Shown here piece after piece: positions 10,730 to 21,839 of a stretch of 64,000 bases of DNA. The stretch comes from Oceanispirochaeta sp. (GTDB taxonomy: Bacteria; Spirochaetota; Spirochaetia; DSM-2461), in contig CAXXXD010000003.1 of NCBI GenBank assembly GCA_963663385.2, positions 1,585,649 through 1,649,648 on the forward strand. The letters are read 5' to 3'. Under the pieces are notes generated by a model. The model ran no database searches. It worked only from the letters and a program-made list of their open reading frames with translations, and was not told the origin of the DNA. Numbering within the stretch: position 1 is the stretch's first letter; each line of letters starts with the position of its first letter. A program made the translations under genes and the position numbers.

Positions 10730-11842
10730 TCAGGCAAACTTATCATAATATATCTTTTCCAATGGGATATTATTGGCGGTCATTACATTATTGCAGGCAT
10801 TGATCATCCCGGGGCTGCCGCACAGGTATCCTTCCATATCCTTATCAGGACCAATTTTTTCTTTAATATAACGATCAAGAACATCTGTAATCAGTCCGGT
10901 ATCTCCGGTCCAGTTATCTTCAGGCTGCGGTTCGGATAGAGCCGGTATAAAGTGAAAATTCGGCAGCCGTGCTTCGAGTTCCTTCATTTCATCCAGATAG
11001 AACATATCCTTCAGGGAACGGGCCCCGAAGAAGTACCAGACATCCCGATCGGTTATTTCCCTGTCTGCCATATCATGCAGAATGGATTTGAAAGGAGCCA
11101 TCCCCGAACCGCCTGCGACACAGACCATAACAGCCTTTGTATCCGATCGCTGAAACTCTCCAAAGGGACCGATCAAATCCATGGTATCCCCTTCTTTCAG
11201 ATGCTTATGAACATATGTTGTCGCTATTCCGCCGGGAACCAGACGGATAAGCACCTCTACCCTGTTGTTATCCAAGGGACGGGAAGACATGGAATAGGCT
11301 CTCTGGGTTGTTCCCTTTACTTTGTCGTAAGGAGGAATCACAACCTGTATATACATCCCCGATTCAAAATTTATTGTATCCTCTCCCAGATCAAAAAGGA
11401 CTTCCTTTATATCGTAGGTCAGATCCCTGATACTTATGACTTTGGCCTTGAACTGTTTTACATTAAAGAGAGAGTCGGGAATCTCAATACTGATATCCGC
11501 TTTTACCTTAACCTGACAGGAAAGGCGGATATTGTCGGCAATTTCCCGGTTAGACAGATAGGGAGTTTCTGTCGGGAGATGGGGACCTATATTGCTTAGA
11601 ACCCGGCATTTACAGGCTCCGCAGCTTCCTCTTCCCCCACAGGCGGAAGGCAGGAAAATACCTTCCGAAGCCAGAAGGGAGAGAAGCGGTTCACCTCCTT
11701 TTACATTCAGTTCCTTCTTTCCGTTGTTTATGTCAATTTTCACCTCGCCATAGTTATTGACAATGCTGTCCACAATGGCAATCAAAGCTGCCAGAACAGC
11801 TGATATACCGGCAATGGTTAAAGGTGCTATAATAAAACTCAT
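10730..11842 (-). CDS. nqrF: NqrF-like NADH oxidoreductase subunit (2Fe-2S, FAD, NAD binding)
   Basis: N-terminal TM; SACGGRGSCGACKC and RLSCQ 2Fe-2S ligands; RAYSMSS; AGGSGMAP; YLCGSP. Confidence 0.85.
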   Translation of the reverse strand: MSFIIAPLTIAGISAVLAALIAIVDSIVNNYGEVKIDINNGKKELNVKGGEPLLSLLASEGIFLPSACGGRGSCGACKCRVLSNIGPHLPTETPYLSNREIADNIRLSCQVKVKADISIEIPDSLFNVKQFKAKVISIRDLTYDIKEVLFDLGEDTINFESGMYIQVVIPPYDKVKGTTQRAYSMSSRPLDNNRVEVLIRLVPGGIATTYVHKHLKEGDTMDLIGPFGEFQRSDTKAVMVCVAGGSGMAPFKSILHDMADREITDRDVWYFFGARSLKDMFYLDEMKELEARLPNFHFIPALSEPQPEDNWTGDTGLITDVLDRYIKEKIGPDKDMEGYLCGSPGMINACNNVMTANNIPLEKIYYDKFA

Positions 11843-11866
11843 CCTGTTTAAACCTCCCTTTCCGTT

Positions 11867-12460
11867 CTACTGAACACTCAGCATTCCGGAGAATCCAATA
11901 AAAGCCATTGCCATGAATCCAATTGTAATCAGGGTAATACCCGGACCTTCCAGACCCGCCGGAACAGGTGATTTCATCAGTTTCTTCTGAATGGCGGCCA
12001 GGGCCATAATAGCCAGCCACCAGCCCAGTCCGGAGCCCAGTCCGTAAAAAAGGGTTTGAAGAAGATCGTATTGACGTATCTCCATAAAGAGGGCCACACC
12101 CAGAATGGCGCAGTTAACTGTAATCAGAGGCAGAAAGATTCCCAGAGAGAGATACAGAGCAGGAGAAACCCGGTCTATTACCATTTCAAGAATCTGAACC
12201 GTAGCAGCAATAACAATGATAAACACGATATATCGCAGATAGAGCAGATTCAGCGGAATAAGTAGATAATTCAGAACAGCCCAGTTTATGACAGCCGTTA
12301 TGGCAAGAACCACCGTAACGGCCATCCCAAGTCCATTGGCAGATTTAATATCCTTGGAAATGGAAATAAACGAACACATGCCCAGAAAATTGGATAGTAG
12401 GATATTACTGGTAAATATGGAAGCAAAGAGAAGAACCACTGGGTGTATGTCAGGAGTCAT
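11867..12460 (-). CDS. nqrE: NqrE/RnfA-family membrane subunit
   Basis: FLGMCSF and FLPLITVNCAILG motifs. Confidence 0.85.
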   Translation of the reverse strand: MTPDIHPVVLLFASIFTSNILLSNFLGMCSFISISKDIKSANGLGMAVTVVLAITAVINWAVLNYLLIPLNLLYLRYIVFIIVIAATVQILEMVIDRVSPALYLSLGIFLPLITVNCAILGVALFMEIRQYDLLQTLFYGLGSGLGWWLAIMALAAIQKKLMKSPVPAGLEGPGITLITIGFMAMAFIGFSGMLSVQ

Positions 12461-13068
12461 TTTGCCCCTCCTTTCTTAAGCATAATCGATTTTACGATCC
12501 AGAGAAATGTTCCCAGGAGAAAAAAGGCGCTGGGGGCCATAACCATAATGGTCCATTTTATAAAACTGTCCGGCAGTACGGGAAAACCGAAAAGTGTACC
12601 GAATCCCAGCAGCTCCCTGATAAAAGCAATTATCATCAGAACCCACATATAACCCAGACCGGATGTAACACCGTCCCAGAACGACAAGAATGGGCTGTTT
12701 GACTGGGCGAAAGCTTCTGCCCGCCCCATGATAATACAGTTTGTAATGATCAACCCTACATAGGGCCCGAGGGATTTGCTGATTTCAGGCAGGTAGGCCC
12801 GCAGGAGTATATCTACAATAATCACATAGAAAGCTATAATAAGAGTCTGAACAATCATTCGAACCTTTCGGGGAATCAGACTTTTCAGAAGTGAAACCGT
12901 AAAATTGGTAAAAGCGGATACAAAAACCAGTCCCAGAGTCATGATCATGGTATTGGCCATGTTATTTGTCACAGCCAGGGTAGAACAGATTCCCAGAATC
13001 TGTATAAAAACCGGATTATTATGCCAGATATTCTCTTTAAGTATGGCGGAAGGGCTTTTTTCGTTCAT
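12457..13068 (-). CDS. nqrD: NqrD/RnfE-family membrane subunit
   Basis: NNPVFIQILGICSTLAVT and GLIITNCIIMGRAEAFA motifs. Confidence 0.88.
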   Translation of the reverse strand: MNEKSPSAILKENIWHNNPVFIQILGICSTLAVTNNMANTMIMTLGLVFVSAFTNFTVSLLKSLIPRKVRMIVQTLIIAFYVIIVDILLRAYLPEISKSLGPYVGLIITNCIIMGRAEAFAQSNSPFLSFWDGVTSGLGYMWVLMIIAFIRELLGFGTLFGFPVLPDSFIKWTIMVMAPSAFFLLGTFLWIVKSIMLKKGGAK

Positions 13069-13670
13069 TGATCCGCACCTCCCTTTTTCAGAATCTCCAA
13101 TTGGGAATTTAGAATTTTTTCAACGGATTGACTGGTTTGGGAAGCGCCTGTTATACCGTCGACAACCCCGTTGGCAGAGTCGGTATCTTTTTGGCCGCTT
13201 CCTTTGCGTACCGTTATCCGCCCCTCAACAATCCTCTCATTGCGGAACTGCTCCTTAAACCAGTCCTCGTCAATTCGTCCGCCCAGACCGGGGGTCTCAT
13301 TGTGAGAGATAATCTCAAGCCCCCTGATGGTTTTAAGATCCTTATCCACAGCCAGGATGCCGCTGATAGTTCCCCACAATCCCGGACCACTGTAATACTT
13401 GACAAGAATAGACGTGCTATTCAAATCGGTTTTCATCAAATCCCCGGGATCCGGAATTTTATTAAAACGCATCGCATATTCAGATAAGACGGCTTCTTTA
13501 TCAGAGGGAAGGATCCCCAGAGCTGACAGAACAGCCGCCTGAACAGCTATCTCCTTATTCTCTTCAACACGGGCTGAAGTTGCACCATTGGCCAGAGAAA
13601 GGAGAAAGACAAAAAAGAATGCTGTTACAAATGTAAAAAGGACTGTATAGGTTAATCCGTTTTTCTTCAT
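13065..13670 (-). CDS. nqrC: NqrC/RnfG-family FMN-binding subunit
   Basis: GLWGTI, HNETPGLGGRI and VDGITGAS flavinylation motif; start MKKNG overlaps the upstream stop. Confidence 0.85.
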   Translation of the reverse strand: MKKNGLTYTVLFTFVTAFFFVFLLSLANGATSARVEENKEIAVQAAVLSALGILPSDKEAVLSEYAMRFNKIPDPGDLMKTDLNSTSILVKYYSGPGLWGTISGILAVDKDLKTIRGLEIISHNETPGLGGRIDEDWFKEQFRNERIVEGRITVRKGSGQKDTDSANGVVDGITGASQTSQSVEKILNSQLEILKKGGADQ

Positions 13671-14575
13671 TTTCCGCCCCCCTTTTCTGTTTTGGAAGGA
13701 GTAGACCATTCATCAAGAAGTGAGGCAAAAGTATTCCCCATCAGGACTCCGAAGCTGGTTCCCTCCGGAAAAAGTGAAAATATCCTGACCAGACAGGTTA
13801 CGGTTCCTATAAGGATGCCGTAAAGAATCTGTGCCCTGTTTTTTTTGGGAGCCGATACGGGATCCGTAGCCATAAAAACAATAACAAAAAGAACACTACC
13901 CGACAGAAGAGCTTCCAGAGGAGGAAAAGAAGCGGGTATCCCCGCAAAAAACAGGATTGTGGAAAGAACACCGAAGCTGAGAACCGAAGACAATATGATA
14001 CGCCAACTGGCTGTTTTAGTAAAAATCAGATACACCGCTGCCAATACGATAAGTATGATGGCGCTCTCTCCAAGGGAGCCGGAGCGGATTCCCATTATAA
14101 GATCAGCTATATCCGGCAGTCCGCCGCTGCGCATGACTTCCAGGGGAGTAGCGGTACTGACGGCATCCACCCCTGCCCTTCCGAAATGCCCCGGAACTTT
14201 CCAGGAAGATGTCATATAGGAGGGGAATGTTATGTAGACAAACAGACGCCCCGTAATAGCCGGATTAAAGATGTTTCTTCCGAATCCCCCGAAAATACAT
14301 TTACCGAAGAGAACCCCGAAAACAATACCTATAACAGCTAACCATAAAGGGACCAGGGGGGGCATGGAAAGGGCGTATAAGCCGCAGGTTACCAGAACCG
14401 CCTCGGATACTTTCTTCCCTCTGGACTTCATGAAAAAGTATTCCGTTCCAATCCCTGCTGCAAAAACAACTAAATGAATCAGGAGAGAACGAAGCCCGTA
14501 AAGGTATACGGAAAATATCATGATTGGTATAAGCGAGTAGAGGACCCGCCGCATCATGATCTGTTTTTGAAACAC
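13667..14575 (-). CDS. nqrB: NqrB/RnfD-family membrane flavoprotein subunit
   Basis: FGGFGRNIFNPA, VDAVSTATPL (FMN-Thr), GSLGE, FMATDPVSAP; GTG start after GGAGG. Confidence 0.85.
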   Translation of the reverse strand: MFQKQIMMRRVLYSLIPIMIFSVYLYGLRSLLIHLVVFAAGIGTEYFFMKSRGKKVSEAVLVTCGLYALSMPPLVPLWLAVIGIVFGVLFGKCIFGGFGRNIFNPAITGRLFVYITFPSYMTSSWKVPGHFGRAGVDAVSTATPLEVMRSGGLPDIADLIMGIRSGSLGESAIILIVLAAVYLIFTKTASWRIILSSVLSFGVLSTILFFAGIPASFPPLEALLSGSVLFVIVFMATDPVSAPKKNRAQILYGILIGTVTCLVRIFSLFPEGTSFGVLMGNTFASLLDEWSTPSKTEKGGGK

Positions 14576-14773
14576 TTTATAACCTCCGGGTAAGAACAAG
14601 GTTCAATATCTCCCTGAGGAGAACTGTTCTTTAATAATAAAATGATCATAAATAAAATTTCAAAAAGAAATCAATCAATTTTTTATTTTATTATATCTGA
14701 TATTTGATTCGAAAGATGTTTTACATTTATATTTCAAGAGTATCTTATGAAACAGAATAATGAGGGAATTCCA

Positions 14774-15190
14774 ATGATTAAGGCAATCGTGCAGGAAATT
14801 TCAAACAGGAAAACAGTATTCCGGATACTGGGCAGCGATGGTCAATGCAGCTCCGGATCCTGTGAAAGATGCCAATGCTCACGCTCAATAAAAAGGGTAT
14901 CCCTCTCTTCGGAGAGCTGTCCGAATCTTGAAAAGGGTATGAAGGTAGAACTGCAAAGGAGTCCTGTCTACAGGCTCCATTTCGCACTAATGATTGTTCT
15001 GCCCCTTGCGGTTCTTGCTGTTGTGCCCATCCTGCCTGTATGGAACAGTACTTTAAGCAAAGAGGCTCTTAATGCGATTTCACTGGGATCCGGTTTCGGG
15101 ACTTTTCTGGTTACTGCGGTTTTAATAAAGTTTTTCGGTAAAAAAGAAACCGTTACGGTGCTTCCCATACAGGAGGATCACCGGGATTAA
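14774..15190 (+). CDS. RseC/MucC-family protein
   Basis: Cys cluster (CSSGSCERCQC), GMKVEL and two C-terminal TM helices; divergent from the nqr/rnf-type operon. Confidence 0.6.
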   Translation: MIKAIVQEISNRKTVFRILGSDGQCSSGSCERCQCSRSIKRVSLSSESCPNLEKGMKVELQRSPVYRLHFALMIVLPLAVLAVVPILPVWNSTLSKEALNAISLGSGFGTFLVTAVLIKFFGKKETVTVLPIQEDHRD

Positions 15191-16518
15191 TCCAGGCGGC
15201 AGCTATTGGCATACCGGCTCATATCCACCCACTCGGCATCAAGCCGGGAAACAGGGATTTTTCCTTTTTCATAGACTGCCGGATTCCCCCTGTCCAGAAA
15301 TGGTTCGATTTTCTGCCAGGAAAGTTCCGTCTCCTCTGCACTTACAAAAAGAGTCTGGTCCCCTTTCAGGGCATCCAGAAGCAGTTTCTGATAGGCCTCA
15401 GGTACTGCACCTTCAAAAGTATCGGCGTAACAGAAATCCATATCTGTGGTGGTAATCTCCATTTCACTGCCGGGGATCTTGGTCGAATGATCAATAAAGA
15501 TTCCGGACCGAGGCTGAATATGAAATATTATCCGGTTGTTATCCAGTTTCCCGTCCTTATTGAACAGGAGGGGGGGAACTTTTTTGAATGTAATGGCAAT
15601 ACTGGTCTGTTTCTCGCCTACGGCTTTACCCGTCCGGATATAGATCGGCATCCCCGACCAGCGGAAAGTATCAATGGAAAGTTTCATTTCCGCATAGGTT
15701 TCCGTCTGGGAATTCCCGGATATTTTCGATTCCAGACGGTATCCTTCATACTGCTGGATATGACACTCCTTAACCGTCAGCGCCCTGAGTATATTCAGTT
15801 TCTGATGCCGAATGCTCTCAGGCTCCAGAGAAACTGGGGCTTCCATGGTTATCAGGGCCAGCAGCTGTAGAAGATGGTTCTGTATCATATCCCGGATAAT
15901 CCCGGATTTATCAAAGTAGGCTCCCCGTGACTCTACTCCGATCTCCTCAAAGGCATTAATCTGTATGGATTCAATATAGGAGCTGTTCCATACTGGATAG
16001 AATATATTGTTGGCAAAACGGAAAACCAGAATATTCTGAACCGCCTCCTTGGCCAGATAATGATCTATCCGGTATATCTGTTTTTCAGTATAGAATTCCT
16101 TAAGATGCCGGTTCAGTTCCCGGGCGGTCTGATAATCGCTGCCGAAAGGCTTCTCAATGATAATACGCACATTGTAACGAAAGCCGCTCCTGTAGAGGGC
16201 TTCAGCGGTTTTTCCGTATACTCCGGGGGGTAGTGCCATAAAAACTATGATCTGGGAAAATTCACCACAGGAACAGACCTTCTCATAGAGTCCGTCCATT
16301 CCCTGATGATAGGAAAAAAAAGAGGCGAATTTCCCGGGGACAGCAATATGCTCCCGGAAGGAGACATCCGAGTAATCAGTCCGTCCCGAACCGATTACCC
16401 GGCAGTCTCCGGCTATGGATCCATTTTCCAGCAGCCTGATCAATGCGGGAATCAGCTTTCTTTTTGCCAGGTCCCCCGATGCGCCGAGTATGACGATTGC
16501 CGCACTGTTCACTGCCAC
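15187..16518 (-). CDS. zwf: Glucose-6-phosphate 1-dehydrogenase
   Basis: GASGDLAKRKLIP, IIEKPFG, RIDHYLAKE, RDMIQNHLLQ. Confidence 0.95.
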   Translation of the reverse strand: MAVNSAAIVILGASGDLAKRKLIPALIRLLENGSIAGDCRVIGSGRTDYSDVSFREHIAVPGKFASFFSYHQGMDGLYEKVCSCGEFSQIIVFMALPPGVYGKTAEALYRSGFRYNVRIIIEKPFGSDYQTARELNRHLKEFYTEKQIYRIDHYLAKEAVQNILVFRFANNIFYPVWNSSYIESIQINAFEEIGVESRGAYFDKSGIIRDMIQNHLLQLLALITMEAPVSLEPESIRHQKLNILRALTVKECHIQQYEGYRLESKISGNSQTETYAEMKLSIDTFRWSGMPIYIRTGKAVGEKQTSIAITFKKVPPLLFNKDGKLDNNRIIFHIQPRSGIFIDHSTKIPGSEMEITTTDMDFCYADTFEGAVPEAYQKLLLDALKGDQTLFVSAEETELSWQKIEPFLDRGNPAVYEKGKIPVSRLDAEWVDMSRYANSCRLD

Positions 16519-16534
16519 TGTAAACCTCCAAAAA

Positions 16535-18238
16535 CTATTTTTTCTGTATTTTTGCCCAGGAGTCCTTCAAGGCTACGGTTCTGTTGAATACGGGAGTTTC
16601 ACTGCTGTGATCCTTATTATCCGCAATAAAGTACCCCTGTCTCAGAAACTGAAAGGACTTTCCTGCCGGGGTTTCCGCCAGAGAAGGTTCAACGATACAT
16701 TTTTTGACAATCAGAGACTCCGGATTAAGATAATCCTTATAATCCTTCCCCTCCTCCATGTCATCCATGTTTTCCAGAGTAAAGAGGTTATTATACAGAC
16801 GAACTTCCGCCTCCCGGCCTTTTTCCGCAGAAACCCAGTGAAGGGTTCCCTTCACCTTTCTTCCATCGGGGGAATCACCTCCTCTGGTAGCCGGATCGTA
16901 GGTACACCGCAGTTCGACAACTTTGCCCTTTTCATCTTTAATGACCTCGTCACAGGTTATGAAATAGGCATGTTTCAGACGGACTTCCATACCCGGAGCC
17001 AGTCGGAAGAACTTCCGGGGAGGCTCTTCCATAAAATCATCCTGCTCAATGTATATTTCCCGTCCGAAAGGCACCATCCGGCTGCCTGCTTCGGCACTTC
17101 CGGGGTTGTTTTCCGCTTCCAGTTCTTCAATCTGTCCCTCGGGGTAGTTTGTGATAACAACCTTCAGGGGATCGATAACAGCCATGGCGCGATCCGCCGT
17201 TTCGTTCAGTTCCTCCCGTATGATATACTGCAGAAAGTTTATATCCACCAGGCTGTTTACCTTGGATACACCTATCTCGCTGCAGAAACGGCGGATGGAT
17301 GCCGGCGTATAACCTCTGCGTCTGAATCCGGAAAGGGTTGGCATTCTTGGGTCATCCCAGCCGTTTACGTAATTCTCTTTAACCAGTTCCAGGAGTTTCC
17401 TTTTGCTCATTACGGTATAGCTGATATTCAGTCTGGCGAATTCCACCTGCCGCGGGTGACAGGGAGCGCTCACATTCTCCAGAAACCAGTTGTAAAGGGG
17501 ACGGTGGTTTTCAAACTCAAGGGTGCAGATCGAGTGGGTTATCCCCTCGATGGCATCCTCATACCCATGAGCAAAGTCATACATAGGGTAAATATTCCAT
17601 TTATCCCCGGTTCTGTGATGACTGGCTTTTCTGATCCGGTACATGGCGGGATCCCGCATATTCATATTCTGATGGGCCATATCTATTTTTGCCCTGAGGA
17701 TACACTCGCCCTCCTCCAGCTCGCCGGCCCGCATTTTTTCAAAAAGTTCCAGGTTTTCCTCTACAGACCGGTTTCTATAGGGAGAGTCCGTACCGGGAAC
17801 GGTGGGAGTCCCCCTTGTTTCACGGATCTTATCAGCGGTCTGGCTGTCCACATAGGCTTTTCCGCTATTGATCAACTCAAGGGCCCAGGCATACAGCTGA
17901 TCGAAGTAGTCCGAGGCAAAGTAGATTTTCCTGTCCGCATTGAAGCCGAGCCACCGTACATCCTCCACAATAGAGTCTACATATTCCTGTTCTTCCTTGG
18001 AAGGATTGGTATCGTCAAACCGGAGTTTGCAGACTCCGTTATAATCTTCTGCTATCCCGAAATTCAGACATATGGACTTTGCATGCCCGATATGAAGGTA
18101 TCCGTTGGGTTCAGGGGGGAATCTTGTTTGAACCGTGTGAGGAACCTTCCCGTCTTTAATATCGTCGTTGATTATCTGACGAACAAAGTCCACACCTTTT
18201 TTTGATTCGTTTTCCGTATTTTCGCTCAAGTTAGCCAT
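16535..18238 (-). CDS. glnS: Glutamine--tRNA ligase
   Basis: [17 protein letters not shown] (HIGH), [26 protein letters not shown]. Confidence 0.97.
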   Translation of the reverse strand: MANLSENTENESKKGVDFVRQIINDDIKDGKVPHTVQTRFPPEPNGYLHIGHAKSICLNFGIAEDYNGVCKLRFDDTNPSKEEQEYVDSIVEDVRWLGFNADRKIYFASDYFDQLYAWALELINSGKAYVDSQTADKIRETRGTPTVPGTDSPYRNRSVEENLELFEKMRAGELEEGECILRAKIDMAHQNMNMRDPAMYRIRKASHHRTGDKWNIYPMYDFAHGYEDAIEGITHSICTLEFENHRPLYNWFLENVSAPCHPRQVEFARLNISYTVMSKRKLLELVKENYVNGWDDPRMPTLSGFRRRGYTPASIRRFCSEIGVSKVNSLVDINFLQYIIREELNETADRAMAVIDPLKVVITNYPEGQIEELEAENNPGSAEAGSRMVPFGREIYIEQDDFMEEPPRKFFRLAPGMEVRLKHAYFITCDEVIKDEKGKVVELRCTYDPATRGGDSPDGRKVKGTLHWVSAEKGREAEVRLYNNLFTLENMDDMEEGKDYKDYLNPESLIVKKCIVEPSLAETPAGKSFQFLRQGYFIADNKDHSSETPVFNRTVALKDSWAKIQKK

Positions 18239-18321
18239 TCCACACCTCTACTAAAGTTGCGGTACCCGAAGGGCACCAAATAAGAAATGATTTTATCACA
18301 AACCCTTTTCAGGTAGAAGTA

Positions 18322-18591
18322 CTAGACGTTAATCTGATGCCCCCGCCCCTTCTTTTCTTTAACGACCCCGACCCTGTTGAGGATGGCATCCAGCCAGGTA
18401 TCCGCCTCCGCCCTTGTGGGAAAAGACTTCGAATACACCTTCCGGTTGGATTTATCCGCCAGGCTTCTGTCCCGCTCCTCAACATGGGAAGAGGAAAAGA
18501 CCCACACGCCCTTATTGTTGTAGCTCTTGTAGGTTATGGAAAAGATGTTTTCAAGATTAACATAACTGCCGTCATCAACTTCAATAAACAC
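18322..18591 (-). CDS. Small hypothetical protein
   Basis: GTG start preceded by AAGGAG; plausible composition. Confidence 0.6.
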   Translation of the reverse strand: MFIEVDDGSYVNLENIFSITYKSYNNKGVWVFSSSHVEERDRSLADKSNRKVYSKSFPTRAEADTWLDAILNRVGVVKEKKGRGHQINV

Positions 18592-18679
18592 AACAGACTC
18601 CTTTAATGCGGCTTGTAATCAAGCGGCATTATAAGTTTATATTAGGGGTATCTATCGGTGCAAGAGAGGATTGCCTGTT

Positions 18680-19636
18680 ATGAAAATTGTTTTTCCGGAT
18701 GCCGGTTCCCTGGGATCCGATCTTGATCTTTCCATCTTCCGTAAGGCGGGAGATTTTTTCCATTGGGAAAACACAGCTAAAGAGGAGCTTCCTTCCCGCA
18801 TCCGGGAGGCAAATGTAATCATTACCAACAGGGTTAACCTGGGAGAGGCAGAGCTGAAAAATGCGCCGGATCTTGCCCTGATTACCCTGACTGCCACCGG
18901 ATATAATAATGTGGATATCGAATACTGCCGCAAACGGAAAATCGCTGTTGCCAATGTGGCCGGGTACTCTACCGAAAGTGTCGCCCAGCACACATTGGCC
19001 ATGCTGCTTTATCTGTTGGAGCACACCCGCTATTACGATGATTACATCAGGGAGCAGAGGTACCTGGCAGATCAGCGTTTTGCGGATGTATCAAAGCCAT
19101 GGAACGAGATAGCCGGAAAGAACTGGGGTATTATCGGCATGGGCAGTATCGGACGGAAAGTCGCTTCCATAGCCGAAGCATTCGGAGCCCGCGTCTGTTA
19201 TGCCAGTACGTCCGGGATAAAACGGGACGAGGCCTATGAAGCTGTGACGCTTGAGGAACTTCTAAGGCGATCGAATATTGTTTCCATTCATGCGCCGTTA
19301 AATGAAAATACGGAGAATCTTATCAACAGAAGCAGGCTCTCACTCATGAAAAAAAGCGCCATACTCCTTAATCTGGGCCGCGGAGCCATTGTCAATGAAG
19401 AGGATTTGATTGAAGCCCTCAAGAGTGATAAGATTGGCGCAGCCGGACTGGATGTGCTCAGGGAAGAACCGCCGCAGAAAGATTCGGACCTTCTGGGTCT
19501 GATTGATACGGGGAAACTCCTGGTAACGCCTCATAATGCCTGGGGCAGTCTGGAATCGCGGCGCAGACTGGTCCGGGAGGTATTTGAAAACATCCGGGCC
19601 TTTGCCGGCAATGAAAAAAGAAACAGGATTGTATAA
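18680..19636 (+). CDS. D-2-hydroxyacid dehydrogenase (glycerate dehydrogenase-like)
   Basis: ATGYNNVD, GIIGMGSIG, LNLGRG, LDVLREEP, VTPHNAW. Confidence 0.92.
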   Translation: MKIVFPDAGSLGSDLDLSIFRKAGDFFHWENTAKEELPSRIREANVIITNRVNLGEAELKNAPDLALITLTATGYNNVDIEYCRKRKIAVANVAGYSTESVAQHTLAMLLYLLEHTRYYDDYIREQRYLADQRFADVSKPWNEIAGKNWGIIGMGSIGRKVASIAEAFGARVCYASTSGIKRDEAYEAVTLEELLRRSNIVSIHAPLNENTENLINRSRLSLMKKSAILLNLGRGAIVNEEDLIEALKSDKIGAAGLDVLREEPPQKDSDLLGLIDTGKLLVTPHNAWGSLESRRRLVREVFENIRAFAGNEKRNRIV

Positions 19637-19660
19637 GGAACAGCTGTCAGGGAGATAAAC

Positions 19661-21034
19661 ATGAAAAAAATCGTAGTGAAATTCGGGGGATCCAATCTGA
19701 AAACCCGTGAAGATATTCAGAAGATTGTAGAGACCGTCAAGATCTACAACAGACCTCTTGTTATTGTAGTATCGGCATTTTACGGTATTACCAACTATCT
19801 GACAGAAGGAATCTGGACAGTCCGGAACGACAATAAACATATTCATAAAATGATCAATTACCTCAAAACGATGAAAGAGGATACCATAGAGCAGAACATT
19901 CAGGATTCTGCAACCAAGGAAGAAGCCTACAGGCTGATTTCCGAACGGCTGGATCAGGTGGAACGGTTTCTTCTGGGAATCCACTACATAGGGGATATTC
20001 CCAACTTCATTCAGGACAGGATACTCAGCTACGGAGAAAAGTTAAGCTCCCTCCTTCTGACCATAATTCTGAAATACAACGGTATTGATGCCGAGGAGTG
20101 CCTCCCCGAAGATATGGGTCTGATGACCGACGGGGAATTCCGGAATGCCACCATAGATTTCGACAAATCCATCTCCCAGGTCAGCAAAGCTTTAAAAGCT
20201 GACAAGGTTTTTGTTGTGCCCGGGTTTTACGGAATCTCCGAAGAGGGCAAAATAACCCTCCTGGGAAGAGGCGGGAGCGACTACTCGGCGGCCGGCATCG
20301 CCCGCTGTATCAAAGCGGAGTCCCTGGATATCTGGAAAGATGTTAACGGGTATATGACGGCAGATCCTAAAATGGTAAAGCAGCCCAGACGGGTTAAGAA
20401 ACTCAGCTATACCGAAGCGGCGGAGCTGTCCTACTTCGGGGCCAAAATACTCCATCCCAGAACGGTAGAACCCCTGGAAGACATGGGTATACCGGTCCGG
20501 ATCTTCAATATTGATAAAAAAAAGCGGGACCTGGATCCCCTCTCCTTTATATCCGGAAAATCGGAAACCGGAACGGAACCGGCCAAAAGCGTTACCTGCA
20601 GCGATGATTTTGCCATCCTTAGAATAAGCGGTCCCGGGGTGGGAATAAAGCCTGGCATACTGGCCAAGGTTACGTCCTGCCTGGACGGACGCTCTATCAA
20701 TATCAAGTCGGTTGTGACATCCCAGACTGCCATTAACCTTTACCTGGAATCTGCCGACCTGCCCCGGGCCGCCCAACTGGTCAGGAGCCTGAACAACAGC
20801 ACCATAACTCATCTGACGGAAATTGACGATATGGCTATAGTCGCACTCGTTGGATCGGGAATTGTTCATGAACCGGGTATCGCAGACAGGATGCTCAAGG
20901 CACTGGCGGAAAAAAGGATCAATACACAGATCGTATCCATCGGCGCATCGGATGTAGCCTCCTATGTAGTTGTAAAACGGACTGATAAAAAAGAGGCGGT
21001 CCGTTCCATACATAAAGAGTTTTTTGAAAACTGA
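19661..21034 (+). CDS. lysC: Aspartate kinase
   Basis: VVKFGGS, LGRGGSDYSA, ELSYFGAKILHP, two C-terminal ACT domains. Confidence 0.9.
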   Translation: MKKIVVKFGGSNLKTREDIQKIVETVKIYNRPLVIVVSAFYGITNYLTEGIWTVRNDNKHIHKMINYLKTMKEDTIEQNIQDSATKEEAYRLISERLDQVERFLLGIHYIGDIPNFIQDRILSYGEKLSSLLLTIILKYNGIDAEECLPEDMGLMTDGEFRNATIDFDKSISQVSKALKADKVFVVPGFYGISEEGKITLLGRGGSDYSAAGIARCIKAESLDIWKDVNGYMTADPKMVKQPRRVKKLSYTEAAELSYFGAKILHPRTVEPLEDMGIPVRIFNIDKKKRDLDPLSFISGKSETGTEPAKSVTCSDDFAILRISGPGVGIKPGILAKVTSCLDGRSINIKSVVTSQTAINLYLESADLPRAAQLVRSLNNSTITHLTEIDDMAIVALVGSGIVHEPGIADRMLKALAEKRINTQIVSIGASDVASYVVVKRTDKKEAVRSIHKEFFEN

Positions 21035-21070
21035 TTCCTGTACTGACTCAAGAACGGAAAGGAGCCTGAA

Positions 21071-21805
21071 ATGAAATACAAACTGGAAACCATCCCCGTA
21101 TGGGATGCCTTCGGAGAGGAGGGTGAGTGCCCCTTCTGTCTATTAATGGAAAAGGCCCGGGACCGGTATGTTAAATACTATCTTGGGAACTCGGCCATGA
21201 ACCCGGAAACCCGTGTTGAAGTCAATAGAAGCGGTTTCTGTCCGGAACACTTCAGTCAGCTCCTCCTGGCCCGGAATCCCCAGCACCTGGGATTGATTGC
21301 CCATACCCATCTGCAGGACTGGATGACAGATATTAACAAATCCTTCCCCGGAGGAAGCGGAAAAAGTTTTCTGGGAAGTCTGAACAGAAAAGGGACTTCT
21401 CCTGCGGCACTTTTTTCCGATCATGTGGATGAACGGAAGAACAGCTGTCTGATTTGCGACCGGATCGACAGAACCCTCAAGCGCTATACCTTTACAACGA
21501 TTTATCTGTGGAAACAAAAAGAAGAGGATTTCCGGGATACCCTGGCTGAATCCAGGGGCTTCTGTCTTCCCCATATGAAGGAGCTGCTTCTGATGGCCGA
21601 AGAAATCCTGAGTGCTAAGGAACAGGCGGAATTCTTCCCGTTTATCAAAGGAATTCAGGAAAAGAATCTCAAGCGCCTGGAAGAGGAAATTAACTGGTTT
21701 ACCCAGAAGTTCAAATCAGAAAATCATGACAAGCCCTGGGGAACCGCAGAGGATGCCCACTACCGGGTTGTTCAGAAGCTGACAGGAAAAATTACATTTC
21801 ACTAA
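21071..21805 (+). CDS. DUF6062-like Cys/His-rich protein
   Basis: Duplicated CxxC...GFCxxH motifs (CPFC/GFCPEH and CLIC/GFCLPH). Confidence 0.7.
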   Translation: MKYKLETIPVWDAFGEEGECPFCLLMEKARDRYVKYYLGNSAMNPETRVEVNRSGFCPEHFSQLLLARNPQHLGLIAHTHLQDWMTDINKSFPGGSGKSFLGSLNRKGTSPAALFSDHVDERKNSCLICDRIDRTLKRYTFTTIYLWKQKEEDFRDTLAESRGFCLPHMKELLLMAEEILSAKEQAEFFPFIKGIQEKNLKRLEEEINWFTQKFKSENHDKPWGTAEDAHYRVVQKLTGKITFH

Positions 21806-21839
21806 AGGGGATTCCCCTTTTCCCGATGAATTCACACTG

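Noticed and set aside
16415..18205. 596-aa plus-strand ORF
   Set aside because: Antisense shadow of glnS with no recognisable motifs.
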